Counted from the whole stretch's first letter, positions 49,752 to 61,859 are shown. The stretch: DNA of 63,995 bases, filler included, from 9 parts of 9 records of this genome joined end to end with filler, not necessarily neighbours in it; one strand, 5' to 3'. The notes: generated from the letters alone by a model not told the origin. Numbers and translations: made by a program.

Positions 49752-52700
49752 ATGAGAAAGCGATTATTTTTCTTTATTATATATCTGTTATTATTTTCTG
49801 CTATATTTGCAAACAGTTCTGATTTAAATCTATCACCTGAAGAAAAAGAGTTTATTAAAGCTAATCCCGAAATTACAGCAGGGATTTTTAATGTAGAGCC
49901 TTATACTTTTGTTAAAAATGAAGAAGTTAGTGGATTTACAATTGAGTTACTAAAAAAAATAGCTGAAAGAGCAGGTTTAAAATTAAATTTTAAAGTTTTT
50001 TATAATATTCCGGAACGAATAAAGAGTCTGGAGAATAACGAAGTTCAACTATTAACTTTTTTAATTTATTCAAAAGAAAGAGAGACGAAGTTTCAATATG
50101 GAAAGCAAAATATTGAGCTGAAATTCAGTATTTTTACTAACCAAAATTCAGCTGAAATTAGTTCCTTAAATGATTTTAGAAGGAAAAAAATAGCTATAAT
50201 AAAAGGGCATGTATTAAATAGATTAGTAAAAGAGCAATATCCGGAACTAGAGATTATAGAAACTGAGTCAGTTGAAGACGCACTTCACGCTGTTGAGAGA
50301 GATGAAGTAGATGCAACTATTCTTGATGAAACAGTTGGAAATTATAAAACAAGAAAACAGGGTTTAGAGAATATCAAAGTAATTCAAAATGATGGATTCT
50401 TAAGTGTAAAAAGACCTAAAATTTACGGTTATGCATCTACTCCTGATAATAAAATTTTAATATCAATATTAGACAAAGCTTTTGCTTTACTTGATAGAAA
50501 TGATATGTTAAATCTTCTCAGAGATTGGTCACTAAGTACACCTGTTTCTGAAATAAACAAAAGTATTGAATTTAATTTGACTCAGGAAGAGATTGAGTGG
50601 TTAGAGGGAAAAGAGTATCTGTCTGTAGGAGCTTTAAGCAGTTTTCATCCATTTAGTTATATTGAAGATGGAGAAGCTTATGGTTATAGTGTAGATACTA
50701 TGAAACTTATTGGGGAAGTACTTCAGAAAGATATTCGATTTGTAAAAAAAACCTGGAGTGAAGAACTGGAAATGTTGAAACGTGGTGAGATCGATATTAT
50801 GCCACACATTGCAGTAAATGAAATAAGAAAAGAGTTTGTAACATATACTGATTTTATTCATTTGACTTTTTTAATAGGTTTTATAACTCAAAAAAATATT
50901 GAATTGAATTCTATGAAAGATTTAGAAGGAAAAAAATTAGCTGTTGTAAACAGATATTATCTTCATGATTATTTAGAAGAAAAGTTTCCAAATTTAGAGC
51001 TACTTATTTTGGACTCAACGAAAGAAGTAGTAGAGGCTGTTGCTTACGGAAAGGCATATGCTGGAATAGATAATTTACCGACTTTGAATTATTTTATTCA
51101 AGAGGGATGGGTAAGTAATCTTAAAAGTACAACTGTATCGGATTTTGGGATACCTTTAATAACACAACTTCCAATGGGAGTAAAAAAAGAGAATTATATA
51201 TTAAAATCAATTCTTGAAAAAGCAAATGAAGCTCTATCAAGAGAAGAGATATCACAATTAAAACAAAAATGGATTAATACTGATTTGGATAATAGAATAA
51301 AGAGAGTAGAACTAACAGAAGAGGAGAAAGCATATCTTGATAAAAAATCTGAAATATTAATGTGTATTGATCCTGCGTGGTTGCCATTTGAGGCATTTGA
51401 AGGTGATGAGCATATAGGGATGTCGTCAGATTATTTTGATCTATTTGCACAAAGTATAGGCAAACCAATAAAAGTAGTAAAAACAGAAACTTGGGTAGAA
51501 TCATTAGAAGTAGGAAAAGCAAGAGAATGTGATATATTTTCCCTGGTAATGCCAACGAAAGAGAGAAGAGAGTATCTTGATTTTACAAAGCCTTATTTGA
51601 GAACACCGCTTGTTATAGCTACCCAACCGGAAGAAGTGTGGATTAGAGATCTAAATCTATTGGAGGGTAAAAAACTTGCCATAGTAGAGGGCTATGCATA
51701 TGTAGAGATACTTAGAGAGGAATATCCGCAATTAGAGTTGTTTGAAGTGAAAAATATACACGAGGGATTAGCCGGAGTAGAGGAAGGAAAGTTTTATGGC
51801 TTTGTCGGAGCGCTTTCAACAGTTGGATATAATATTCAAAATGATTATTTTGGTTTAATAAAAATTAGTGGAAAGTTTAAAGAAAAACTTGAATTATCGA
51901 TAGGTGTAAGAAATGATGAACCATTATTAACATCTATATTTAACAAAGCTATTTCGAACCTTAGTGACGGAGAGCATGTTAAAATTTTTAATAGATGGGT
52001 AAATGTACAACTAGAGGACGATCCGAATATATTAACTGACAAAGAGCTGGAATTCATAATAAATAATCCTGTAATACGATTTTTGGTGAGAAAAAGTCGT
52101 CCTCCGTTTGAGCTTGAACAGGACGGAAAAGCAGCAGGGATAGCAGTTGAATATTTACAAGAGATTGCAAAAAAAGTAGGGATTGAAGCAGAATTTGTTT
52201 TAGCGGATATCTCACTTCAGGAAGCATATGAGCAAATGGGTAAAACTAAAGATTTTGATACTTTAGTTTTTACTGTAAAAAACGAAGAACGAGCTAAGCG
52301 TTTTGCTTTCGGAGGAACATATTTATCGTATCCAATGATGATAATCACAAATAAAGAGTCCCCGTATATTGGTAAAACAGCAGATTTGATAGATAAAAAT
52401 GTGGCAATTGAAAAATCATTTTTAACAAATCAATGGTTAAAGAAAGATTATCCCGGAATAAATATTATTTCTGTTGATACAACAAAAGATGCTTTAGCGA
52501 TGGTTAACAGAGGAGAAGTTGATGCATATATTGGAAATTTAGCTGTTGCAAACTATATGCTGGTTCATGGTGGTATGAATAATCTGAAGATTCAGGCACC
52601 TTCAGATTATGGTAATATAAATTATAGCTTTGTTGCTCCTAAAGAATGGCCGGAACTAGTCTCTATACTTACCAAGGGTTATAATATGTTAAGTCCGCAG

Positions 52701-52801
52701 GAACATAACTTAATTCAGCAAAAATGGTTTTCTGTTCAGCTGGTTGAGAGATTTAATTATGAGTTGTTTTGGAGAATATTCTCATTTGCCATAGTTATCT
52801 T
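49752..52801 (+). CDS. Sensor protein with four tandem family-3 solute-binding domains (3' partial)
   Basis: Four ~240-aa repeats starting L(S/T)xEExxF/W/Y with P(F/Y)..G motifs, then a TM start at the contig end. Confidence 0.85.
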
Positions 52802-52901
52802 NNNNNNNNNNNNNNNNNNNNNNNNNNNNNNNNNNNNNNNNNNNNTTAATTAATTAANNNNNNNNNNNNNNNNNNNNNNNNNNNNNNNNNNNNNNNNNNN
52901 N

Positions 52902-53097
52902 TACAATTGATATGTTTAAAGCAGTAAAAGCCATGGCATTTATTAGAGGCAATAACTATGTTAGTCCTATTGATATTGCATTAGTTGCAAAAAGCGTATT
53001 AAGACACAGAATAATCTTAACTTATGAAGCAGAAGCTATGGATATAAAAGTTGATGATTTAATCCAAAAAATATTAGAAAAGATTGATGTTCCATAA
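52902..53097 (+). CDS. MoxR-family AAA+ ATPase, C-terminal part (5' partial)
   Basis: KAMAFIRGNNYVSP.D and VLRHRIIL lid motifs. Confidence 0.88.
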
Positions 53098-53100
53098 GAT

Positions 53101-53934
53101 ATGAACCAAGCATTAAAAAAAATACTAATCAAAACTAGAAGAAATGTTTTTTCTGAAATCATAGGAAACAACTCTTCACTTTTAAAAGGTGAAGGGTATG
53201 ACTTTTTAGAGTTAAAAGAGTATGAGTATGGAGAAGATGTTAAAAAAATTGATTGGTTAATCTCTGCAAAATTTAGAAAACCTTTTGTAAAAGTTTTTCA
53301 TGCACAAAAAGAGTTAAATATAAATATTGTTCCTATTTTAAATGGTTCTATGCATTTTGGAACATCTAAATTCAAACAAGAGTTAGCAACTGAAATTTGC
53401 TCTATTATTGGTTATTCTTGCATAAAACAAGGAGACCCTTTCTTTTCTTTTATTGCAAATGAGAGTGTAGAACTTTGTACAAAAAAGTCAAAAAGAAATT
53501 TTGCAGTTTCAATGATGACAGAAAAAATATTTGAGTATGATTGCTTAAAAAAACAAGCCAATATGAAAAAAATCACTGATGAACTTTTTAAAAAACTTAG
53601 AAAAAAATCTATCATCTTTTTAATTGGTGATTTTTTTGATATTGATAACTTAGATTTTAAACTTCTTAGTAGAAAACATGAAGTTGTTGCAATCATTACA
53701 AGGGATAAGTTTGAAGAAAACCCCTATGAACTTGGAAATGTTAACTTGATAGACCCGTCTACAAATAAAATTTTTGATGGGAATATTGATAGTTCAATTA
53801 TCAAAAAATACTCAAAAAAAGTAAAAGAAAATGACCACAAACTTTATGAACACCTTCAAAGATGTGGAATAAGGTTTTGTAAAATATATACTGAGGAAGA
53901 GCCACTTCCAAAACTATTGAGGTTAATGAGATAA
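53101..53934 (+). CDS. DUF58 domain protein
   Basis: GEGYDFLELKEYEYGEDVKKIDW motif; MoxR context. Confidence 0.9.
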   Translation: MNQALKKILIKTRRNVFSEIIGNNSSLLKGEGYDFLELKEYEYGEDVKKIDWLISAKFRKPFVKVFHAQKELNINIVPILNGSMHFGTSKFKQELATEICSIIGYSCIKQGDPFFSFIANESVELCTKKSKRNFAVSMMTEKIFEYDCLKKQANMKKITDELFKKLRKKSIIFLIGDFFDIDNLDFKLLSRKHEVVAIITRDKFEENPYELGNVNLIDPSTNKIFDGNIDSSIIKKYSKKVKENDHKLYEHLQRCGIRFCKIYTEEEPLPKLLRLMR

Positions 53935-54320
53935 TGAATGAATTGAAAATCAATGGAATAAAAGAGTTAGTTGATATTCCTGATTACTCTTTATATATCT
54001 ATATGTTTTTATGGATTATTGCTTGTCTTGTTTTCTTTGCTTTCATTTTTCTTATTATAAGACTAATTCTTAATAGGAAAAAAAATAAAAGAAAAATCTA
54101 TTATAAAAGATTAAAAGAGCTAGATTTAAATGATTCAAAAAATAGTGCCTATGAGATTACAAAATATGTAAGACTTCTTAGTAAAAGTGAGAGGGAAAAA
54201 CGTTTAGGATTTGAACTTATTGAAGAGTTAGAAAAATACAAATATAAAAAAGATGTTGCTTCATTTGATGATGATGTTAAAATTTTATTTGGTAGATATA
54301 TGGATAGTGTAGATGTTTGA
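53934..54320 (+). CDS. Small single-TM protein (DUF4381-like)
   Basis: One TM, ELEKYKY motif, position between DUF58 and VWA genes. Confidence 0.7.
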   Translation: MNELKINGIKELVDIPDYSLYIYMFLWIIACLVFFAFIFLIIRLILNRKKNKRKIYYKRLKELDLNDSKNSAYEITKYVRLLSKSEREKRLGFELIEELEKYKYKKDVASFDDDVKILFGRYMDSVDV

Positions 54321-55227
54321 TTATTTTATGACTTTAAAGTTTGAATACCCTTATTTTTTCTTACTTTTAATTGTATTTATTTTTTGTTTCATTTTTTGCA
54401 AAGCAAAAATACCAACTTTTCTAATTCCCCATTTAAATATATTTGAACAAACAAGAAAAAAAACACTTTTATTAACTACTATACTAAAATATTTAGTTGC
54501 AATTTGCTCTGTAATTGCATTGGCTTCACCATATAAACAACTTGATACTCAAATTATTAAAAATGATGGTATCGATATTGTATTGAGTCTTGATACAAGT
54601 GGTTCTATGAAAGAAAGAGGATTAAATAGAAGTAACACTGATGAAGATAGATTTAAAGTTGTAAAAGATATTGTAAAAGATTTTATTCCAAAAAGAACAA
54701 ATGATAATATTGCTATTGTTGTATTTGGTACTTCTGTTATGATGGCAACTCCTCTTAGTTTTGATAAAGAAGCACAAAAAGAGATTGTTGATTATTTAGA
54801 TGTTGGAATAGTTGGAGATAAAACTGCTATGTTAGACTCACTAGCTTCATCTGTAAATATACTAAAAGAATCAAAAGCAAAATCAAAAATTGTAATTTTA
54901 CTAAGTGATGGGGAAGATAATGCTAGTTCTATCCCTCTAGAAGTGATTATAAAACTTCTAAAAAAATACTCAATAAAAGTTTATACGATAGGAATAGGAA
55001 ACTCAAACAAGATTATGCTAAATACTATTGCTTCTCAAACAAATGCAAAAGCATACACTGCATACTCAAAAGAAGACTTAAGTGGAATTTATGAACAAAT
55101 TGATTCTTTAGAAAAAAGTAAAATAGAAAACAACAAAATTACACTAAAAGAGTATTTATTTTTCTATCCACTCTTTTTAGCTATTATTTCACTGATTTTA
55201 TACATTTATTTGAAAAATAGAGAATAA
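54313..55227 (+). CDS. BatA-like VWA domain protein
   Basis: FEYP start, MIDAS DTSGSM, LLSDGEDN, terminal TM. Confidence 0.9.
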   Translation: MFDYFMTLKFEYPYFFLLLIVFIFCFIFCKAKIPTFLIPHLNIFEQTRKKTLLLTTILKYLVAICSVIALASPYKQLDTQIIKNDGIDIVLSLDTSGSMKERGLNRSNTDEDRFKVVKDIVKDFIPKRTNDNIAIVVFGTSVMMATPLSFDKEAQKEIVDYLDVGIVGDKTAMLDSLASSVNILKESKAKSKIVILLSDGEDNASSIPLEVIIKLLKKYSIKVYTIGIGNSNKIMLNTIASQTNAKAYTAYSKEDLSGIYEQIDSLEKSKIENNKITLKEYLFFYPLFLAIISLILYIYLKNRE

Positions 55228-55235
55228 GGAATATT

Positions 55236-55919
55236 TTGGAAGATAATAATCAACCAATAAACAACACAGAACAATTAGAAAAAAATCTTAAAGAGAAGAT
55301 TGCTGCTGCTTCAAAAAATAGAGAGCAAAAAAGAACTAATAATATAAATACAAATAAAAAACTTGAGCCTAAAAAAATACCAACAAAACTAAATTTCAAT
55401 CAATTATTAATTATACTTCTAGGTATAACTACAGTTTTAATATTTATTACAATCTATCTTTTTAATAATAATGGCAATAGTAGCAATGTAACTCTTAATA
55501 AAAATACCAAAGAGCAATCTTTATTCAAAAAACTATACAACTCAAAAAACTATGATACTTTTAACTGCTACTCATTTGAAGCAGGGAAAATCTCTTTTCC
55601 AATTCAACAATGCAAACAAAAACTTGATAGCTTTTTGTTGAAAAATAAAAATGCTAATAGATTTGAAATAGTTCCAATAATCTCTAAAGATGATGGCAAA
55701 ATCTTTGAAAGCATAAAAAAAAATTTATTTTATGAAAATAAAAAGATGAGAAAGAAAATTGAAGAGTATTTGTTTATTGGTTTATCAACTGAAAGAATTT
55801 TAGAAAGCATCTGGTATATAAAGAAAACTTTAGGAGAAAATACCATAGTTACTTCATCTCAATACTTTGTAAAATCAGATAACAATAATAGAGGTGTAAT
55901 CATCAGAGCCTATCACTAA
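55236..55919 (+). CDS. Single-TM protein with divergent OmpA-like C-terminal domain
   Basis: TM, then CYSF..G...CK, LSTER and NNRGVIIRAY; paralogue of the next gene. Confidence 0.6.
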   Translation: MEDNNQPINNTEQLEKNLKEKIAAASKNREQKRTNNINTNKKLEPKKIPTKLNFNQLLIILLGITTVLIFITIYLFNNNGNSSNVTLNKNTKEQSLFKKLYNSKNYDTFNCYSFEAGKISFPIQQCKQKLDSFLLKNKNANRFEIVPIISKDDGKIFESIKKNLFYENKKMRKKIEEYLFIGLSTERILESIWYIKKTLGENTIVTSSQYFVKSDNNNRGVIIRAYH

Positions 55920-56018
55920 TTTCTAGTGTTGCAATTATTATTTTTTTTAAATATAATGTTTTTTCAATTAAAATAAATTACTAAGCTTTTATTTGCTATT
56001 AATATAAAAAGGGCAAAA

Positions 56019-56972
56019 ATGGAACAAGACAAGCAAGAACTACTTAAAGAAGCATTGAACAAAACACTATCAACAAAAGATATTCATAATAAACTGAAAA
56101 CGGAAAGAGATTCTTTATCTGCAAATAGTGAAAAAAAAGAACAAAATAAAACTTTTTCTTCAAAAGATGAAAAAGCTTATACTTCATCAGTTAAAAATAA
56201 AAGCAATGTCAACGAATCAAACATTGTAAAATTTCTTATACTCATTGCTCTGTTGCTTTTAGCGCTTGTAGTCTTTTTATTTATAAAAGAAGATAGTCTT
56301 TCAAAAGCTCTAGATGAAAACACTACAAATATACAAGCAGAAACTACCCCAAAAGTTATTGAAGAGAATAAAAAGCTCATAGAAAAAGAGAAAGAAAATA
56401 AAGAAGAGATTTCTAAAGATATAAATAAAGAAGAATTAAAAACTAATGCTGAAGAAAAAGTTGTAGAGAAAAAAGAAAAAACAAGTGAAAAAACTACTAA
56501 TGATGAACCTAAAGTAGAAACTAAAATTATCACAAAAGAAGTGATTAAAGAAAAAGTTATTAATTTAGAAAAAAGTGATTTCAAAAAATATTATAACTCT
56601 GAAAAATTCAATATAGTAAAATGTTACAACTTCAATGCAGGAAGTGTTATACCACCAAAACAGTGCAAAGAAAACATTAAAAAATTTATTGTTGACAATA
56701 AAGATGCACTTAGATTTGAAGTTATTCCTGTAATAGCTGAAGAAGATAATATAGTATTTGATAAATTAAAAAACAATATCAAAGATTTAGATAAATCATT
56801 TCAAGAGAAAGTAAAAGAGTATATGTTTAGAGGTTTCTCTAGAGAAAGAGTTTTAGAAACGACTTGGCAAATAAAAGAATTATCACCAAGAGGAACAATC
56901 ATAACTCCTACAAACTTTTATGTAAAATCAAAAAAGAATAATAAGGGAGTTATAATTAGAGCATATTATTAA
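56019..56972 (+). CDS. Single-TM protein, paralogue of 55236-55919 with long charged linker
   Basis: CYNF.AG...CK, RFEVIPVI, FSRER and NNKGVIIRAY motifs. Confidence 0.65.
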   Translation: MEQDKQELLKEALNKTLSTKDIHNKLKTERDSLSANSEKKEQNKTFSSKDEKAYTSSVKNKSNVNESNIVKFLILIALLLLALVVFLFIKEDSLSKALDENTTNIQAETTPKVIEENKKLIEKEKENKEEISKDINKEELKTNAEEKVVEKKEKTSEKTTNDEPKVETKIITKEVIKEKVINLEKSDFKKYYNSEKFNIVKCYNFNAGSVIPPKQCKENIKKFIVDNKDALRFEVIPVIAEEDNIVFDKLKNNIKDLDKSFQEKVKEYMFRGFSRERVLETTWQIKELSPRGTIITPTNFYVKSKKNNKGVIIRAYY

Positions 56973-58252
56973 ATATGCTTTAATACCTCATCTTTATCAA
57001 GAAGAGGGAATTTTTTGTCATATATGATTTGATAAGGCTCATCACCTTTTCCTAATATCAAAACAACACTGCTAGGATTTGCTTTCCCTAACTTTATAGC
57101 TTTTTCAATAGCTTTTTTTCTATTCACTTCAACTATTAAGTTTTCTTTATTTACAATTGCTGTACAAATATCTTCTATAATCTGGTCAGGGTCTTCAAAT
57201 CTTGGGTTATCAGAAGTAACAATAATAGTTTTAGCAAAGTTTGCAGCAATTTTCCCCATAAGAGGTCTTTTCTCTTTATCTCTGTCTCCACCTGCACCAA
57301 AAACTGTAATGATATCTTTATGATTGAAACTCTCAAATATCTTTTTCATTCCATCAGGAGTATGAGCAAAATCAACTATCACAAATGGGTCACTTGATAC
57401 AATCTCCATTCGACCTTGAACTCCTGCAAAGTTTTCTACAACTTCACATATTTCATCTAAAGAATTATCTGTTATCAAATCAACACCTGCAACAGCAGCC
57501 ATAATATTATAAATATTAAATATTCCCATTAAAGCAGATGTAAAAGAGTGAACTTTATCTATTTTTGTAAACATAACATTAGTACCATTTGTAAAGGAAT
57601 AAGCACTAACTTTATATGTTGATGGATTTTCAAGTCCATAAGAGTAAGCATTTTTAGAATTAAACTTAACTACACTATCATCTTTGTTTATCAATTTTTT
57701 TGATTCATCATTAAAAAATGAATTTTTAACATTGATATACTCTTCTATAGTTTTATGATAATCAAGATGGTCTCTTGTTATATTTGTATGAATTTTTAAT
57801 TCAAACTCTAGACCCTCTATTCTTTTTTGCTCAATTGCATGTGAACTAACTTCCATAATAAAGTATTCACATCCATTTTCTATAGCTTTTTGAATATGTG
57901 CAAAGTTACCAAGTTGAACAGGAGTTGTTAAAGTATAATCTTCAACTTTTTCATCATTTATATAAAAACCTCTTGTTCCTTGAAGTGCAACTTTATATCC
58001 TAAATCAATTAAAATAGAGTAGATAGCTGCAGATGTAGTTGTTTTACCATTTGTACCTGTAACACCAACTATTTTGATACTTGACATATCTAAATGTTCT
58101 TTTAAGTCTTTTGCTTCAACAAACTCTTTACACCCATTGTTTTTCGCATCATCTACAAATTTTTCATTTTGTTTTGAGATTACAAAAACTTTTGATTCAT
58201 CTACATCTTTTGAGTTATCAGTATAAACTCTATTATTTATGATTAGTTGCAA
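56969..58252 (-). CDS. murE: UDP-MurNAc-Ala-Glu--diaminopimelate ligase
   Basis: GVTGTNGKTT, MEVSSH, TRDHLDYH, DFAHTPDG, DNPR and GKG motifs. Confidence 0.96.
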   Translation of the reverse strand: MQLIINNRVYTDNSKDVDESKVFVISKQNEKFVDDAKNNGCKEFVEAKDLKEHLDMSSIKIVGVTGTNGKTTTSAAIYSILIDLGYKVALQGTRGFYINDEKVEDYTLTTPVQLGNFAHIQKAIENGCEYFIMEVSSHAIEQKRIEGLEFELKIHTNITRDHLDYHKTIEEYINVKNSFFNDESKKLINKDDSVVKFNSKNAYSYGLENPSTYKVSAYSFTNGTNVMFTKIDKVHSFTSALMGIFNIYNIMAAVAGVDLITDNSLDEICEVVENFAGVQGRMEIVSSDPFVIVDFAHTPDGMKKIFESFNHKDIITVFGAGGDRDKEKRPLMGKIAANFAKTIIVTSDNPRFEDPDQIIEDICTAIVNKENLIVEVNRKKAIEKAIKLGKANPSSVVLILGKGDEPYQIIYDKKFPLLDKDEVLKHI

Positions 58253-58826
58253 TTTTTTTATCTTCCAATTTTTTATATAATTCTTCTATTTTTGAGTCAT
58301 AAGAAAAATAATCATTAAATCCATCTAAATATGAATATGCTGTGCTATTGAAATTGTTATCAATCAATTTATTTACAAAATCAAAAAAATCCTCTTTTGT
58401 CTCAATAGCTACTTTTGTAGAAAACATTATATCTTCAAAAGCAACTCTAAAAGAGCCTCTACTTTTTATAAGCTCTTTAAAGTCTCCATATCTAATAGCA
58501 TCTAATGAATCTACAGATGACTCTGATAACTCTTGAAGAAGATCCATCATTTTATCAACATCTCCATCATAAACATTTACTACATCTTCGACATATGCTA
58601 TTGCTTCTTCGATATTATCATCTTTTGCTATAGAGAAATAATCAAACAGTGATTGTGCTTTATCCTCATCTTCTGATGCAATATCACAAAAAAGTGCATA
58701 TACTGGATACTCTTTATTGTCTGGAAAGTTTGATGATAGTTGTGAATATATAAACAAAGCTTTGTCAAATTTCTTCTCTACGAAAAAACTATTTGCTTCA
58801 TCAAATAATCTATTCTCATTTATCAT
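58233..58826 (-). CDS. Conserved Campylobacterota TPR-like hypothetical protein upstream of murE
   Basis: N-terminal TPR-like helix pair and FEDIMFSTKV motif; overlaps the murE start. Confidence 0.75.
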   Translation of the reverse strand: MINENRLFDEANSFFVEKKFDKALFIYSQLSSNFPDNKEYPVYALFCDIASEDEDKAQSLFDYFSIAKDDNIEEAIAYVEDVVNVYDGDVDKMMDLLQELSESSVDSLDAIRYGDFKELIKSRGSFRVAFEDIMFSTKVAIETKEDFFDFVNKLIDNNFNSTAYSYLDGFNDYFSYDSKIEELYKKLEDKKIATNHK

Positions 58827-58932
58827 TAAAGCNNNNNNNNNNNNNNNNNNNNNNNNNNNNNNNNNNNNNNNNNNNNTTAATTAATTAANNNNNNNNNNNN
58901 NNNNNNNNNNNNNNNNNNNNNNNNNNNNNNNN

Positions 58933-60681
58933 GACAAGTACGGGTTTCCCTGGAAACTTTTTCCCCATCCCCTGGATGACTCCTTCAACCGCTTCTTCAC
59001 TCACTTTCAGGGCCACCCCGCCCACATCGGTCTTATGAAGGATCTCAGGATCGCATATCTTGACAACATAGGGCGGAGCAAGTCCGGCGGATTTCAGGGC
59101 CGTAGAAATTTCTGTTTCCGGACCGATGAGGGCGCTTTTATGGACTGGGAGGCCTGCCTTTCTAAAAAGTTCCGAGGTCTCCCACTCGTCCGGTTTTCCC
59201 GGAACCTTCAGGTTTGCTTTCCATTCGGCAACTGCCGCTGCAAGCACCTCCCGATTTTTCCCTTCGGCCTCTTCACTACAGGGGCCTTCTTCCCGACACC
59301 GGAGCATATTTCCCCTTTCTACAAGGAAGCGGGCGGCCCGGACGGTCCGGCCGATGGACGGAAACCCCGGGGCACCCTCTTTGTAGAAGGCTCGGAGATA
59401 CTCATCGGTGTAGGGGCCGTATTCGGTGAAGATTAGAATTGGTTTAGCGGCTTTCCGGACCCGTTTCCCAATCTGGGCGATAAGGTTGTTGTTGATGGTC
59501 GGCGGGGCAAAGAAGGTGACGCAGATGATTATGTCTACTCCCCTGTCTTCGAGAAGGGCATCGAGGGCGGAGGTGAACATCCCGTTATCGGCACTGGCCG
59601 TCAGATCCACCGGGTTGTTTACCGCGGCGAAGGGAAGGGTTTCTTTCCGAATTCTTTCTTTCGTCTTTTCCGAGAGTTCCGCCATGGCGAGACCCGCCCG
59701 ATTGTCATCGGAATCGATATAGTCGGTACACATGACGCCGAATCCTCCGGCGGGTGTGATAACCGCCACCCGGTTCCCGGCGGCGGGGTTGAGCATCGAG
59801 AGGGCCAGGGCGGCGTCGCAGAGTTCCTCGTCATCAAAGGCCCGCTGGATGCCCGACTGCCGGAAGGCACCGTTGACGACTTTGTCTGATCCGGCCAGGC
59901 GTCCCGTATGACTCCCGGCAGCCGAAGCTCCGGCTGCGGTGCGTCCGGCCTTCAGAACGATCACCGGTTTGGTCTCCGAGACTTCCCGGCAGGCCTTCAA
60001 ATACTCCCGCTCCCCTTCGACGCTCTCTACGTAGATGGCCAGGCAGTTTGTTTTCTCATCCTTTCCGAAGTAGCGGATAAAATCCAGCTCGGTCAGATCG
60101 GTCTTGTTTCCTGTTCCTACAAAGGCCCGCATCCCGAAGCCCGTGTTGGAGGCCAGGCCCAGGGATTCCACTCCCACCGAACCGCTCTGACTGATAAAGG
60201 CGACGCTTCCCCCCTCGGCCAGGGCCTTGTCCCCGTGTTCCACGAAGATTGTATCCAGATCGTTTTCCGGAACAAAGACCCCGAGGGAGTTGGGTCCCAG
60301 GATCCGGGTCCTCCCTTCGGCGACAACCGCGCGGAGCCTCTCCTCAAGGGCTTTCCCTTTTTCCCCGATTTCACTGAAACCGCCGGCCACCACGATCAGA
60401 AAGGGGATTCCCTTTCTTGAGCAGGCCTCCGCCGCCTCGACCGAACGTTCCGCTCCCAGAGCCGCAACGGCCAGATCGACGCCTTCGGGAAGTTCGTCGA
60501 TGGAGGAATAGACGGGGATGTGCATCAGGTAGTCGAGTTTCGGATTCACCGGATAGAGCCGGGCTTTTGTCTTCCGGAGGTACTTCATTATCGTCGTCCC
60601 GGCCTTGTCAGGGGTTTCCGATGCCCCTATCAGGGCGATAGCTCGGGGATTAAAAAGTCTTTCAAGATCCGGGGTATTCAT
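58933..60681 (-). CDS. ADP-forming acetate/acyl-CoA ligase family protein (3' partial)
   Basis: FNPRAIALIGAS, GPNSLG, SQSG, SHTG phospho-His, NNPVDL and ATP-grasp HKTDVGGV; ATG at 60681 after GGAGG. Confidence 0.93.
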
Positions 60682-60826
60682 GGGCGGCCTCCTGTTTGTA
60701 CGCAATCGGAATTATAACACAACGGCGCACATTAAAAAAACCGCAGAGATTGAAACGCCCCTCTTCGTTGTTGAGGGAAAAAATAGATGAAACATATTTT
60801 TTAATGAACCCAGGAAGAGGGGTGTT

Positions 60827-61720
60827 TCAATCCTCCACGACCCCCTCTGCCTTCTCCTTCAAATAGGAGGAAAAGGATATTTTCGGGATCCCCCGGGCGG
60901 GTTTGGCTTCGACGGTCATCTCCTCGCCCGTAGCCGGATGGCGGACGACCCGGGGTTTCTGGGCATCCCGGGTTTTAATTGAGAATTTTCCCAGCCGGCC
61001 GATGGGGACCGATTCGCCCATCAGCATACCGGTTTCGATGAGGGTTATAAAATCTTCCAGGATCAGTTTTGCCTCCTGACCTGTCAGTCCGTGTTTCTTT
61101 GCCAGAAAACGGGTCATTGATTTCATTGTAAACTGATCGGGAACCGAGCCTGCATCAATAGCAAGGCTCTGATTGTACTTCATAAAACCGGCGGTAATGA
61201 AAATGGCACTCTCCCGGACCCGCTTGTCCTGCTCCTCTTCATCCAGCTCTGGCGGGCAGATGGCGATCAGGTAGGCGGGGCTCGTTGTCTTCACCTTCGA
61301 TCCCCCAAGGCTTACCGGTTTTCCTTCTGAAAGATCGGCGGCCAGGGATACTCCCTTATCCATAATAATATCCGGGACTTCGGTCCGTAGTTTAATGGAA
61401 GAGTACTCGATCCAGCGGCCCAGATTAAGGTTGGTGGTGGTCGGGAAAACGGGCCCTACGCAGAGGATTGATCCCGAATAGGTGAGGATCATCATCCCCC
61501 GGGTGTCCTTCAGGGAGACCTCCTCGGTCAGCTCCAATTTTACCGCTCCGATCTGCTTTCTGAACAGTTCTTCTTTTTTATTCCAGACGAAGGCAAGGGA
61601 ACCGACATAGTCGTCATCTTTACCCCGATCCTGCTCTTCGGCAATCCTTAGGATATGATTCCGGATTTTCTCCGGCAATTCGTTTATCGCTTTGTTCCAG
61701 GTCATAGTGTGCCTCTCCAT
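60827..61720 (-). CDS. Unknown ~180-aa domain fused to a C-terminal HU/IHF DNA-binding domain
   Basis: C-terminus ...GESVPIGRLGKFSIKTRDAQKPRVVRHPATGEEMTVEAKPARGIPKISFSSYLKE is HU/IHF-like; the N-terminus is paralogous to 61860-62399. Confidence 0.85.
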   Translation of the reverse strand: MERHTMTWNKAINELPEKIRNHILRIAEEQDRGKDDDYVGSLAFVWNKKEELFRKQIGAVKLELTEEVSLKDTRGMMILTYSGSILCVGPVFPTTTNLNLGRWIEYSSIKLRTEVPDIIMDKGVSLAADLSEGKPVSLGGSKVKTTSPAYLIAICPPELDEEEQDKRVRESAIFITAGFMKYNQSLAIDAGSVPDQFTMKSMTRFLAKKHGLTGQEAKLILEDFITLIETGMLMGESVPIGRLGKFSIKTRDAQKPRVVRHPATGEEMTVEAKPARGIPKISFSSYLKEKAEGVVED

Positions 61721-61859
61721 AATAAAAAGTAGAGCCTAATATGGGAAAAAACAATGTTTTTCTATATAATTTTCAAAAAAACCCGGAAAAAATGGTTTTA
61801 TTTTGAAAACGGGTATAGGATTACGGTTGCAGCTGCTTATAATTCTATTTAGGAGTACA

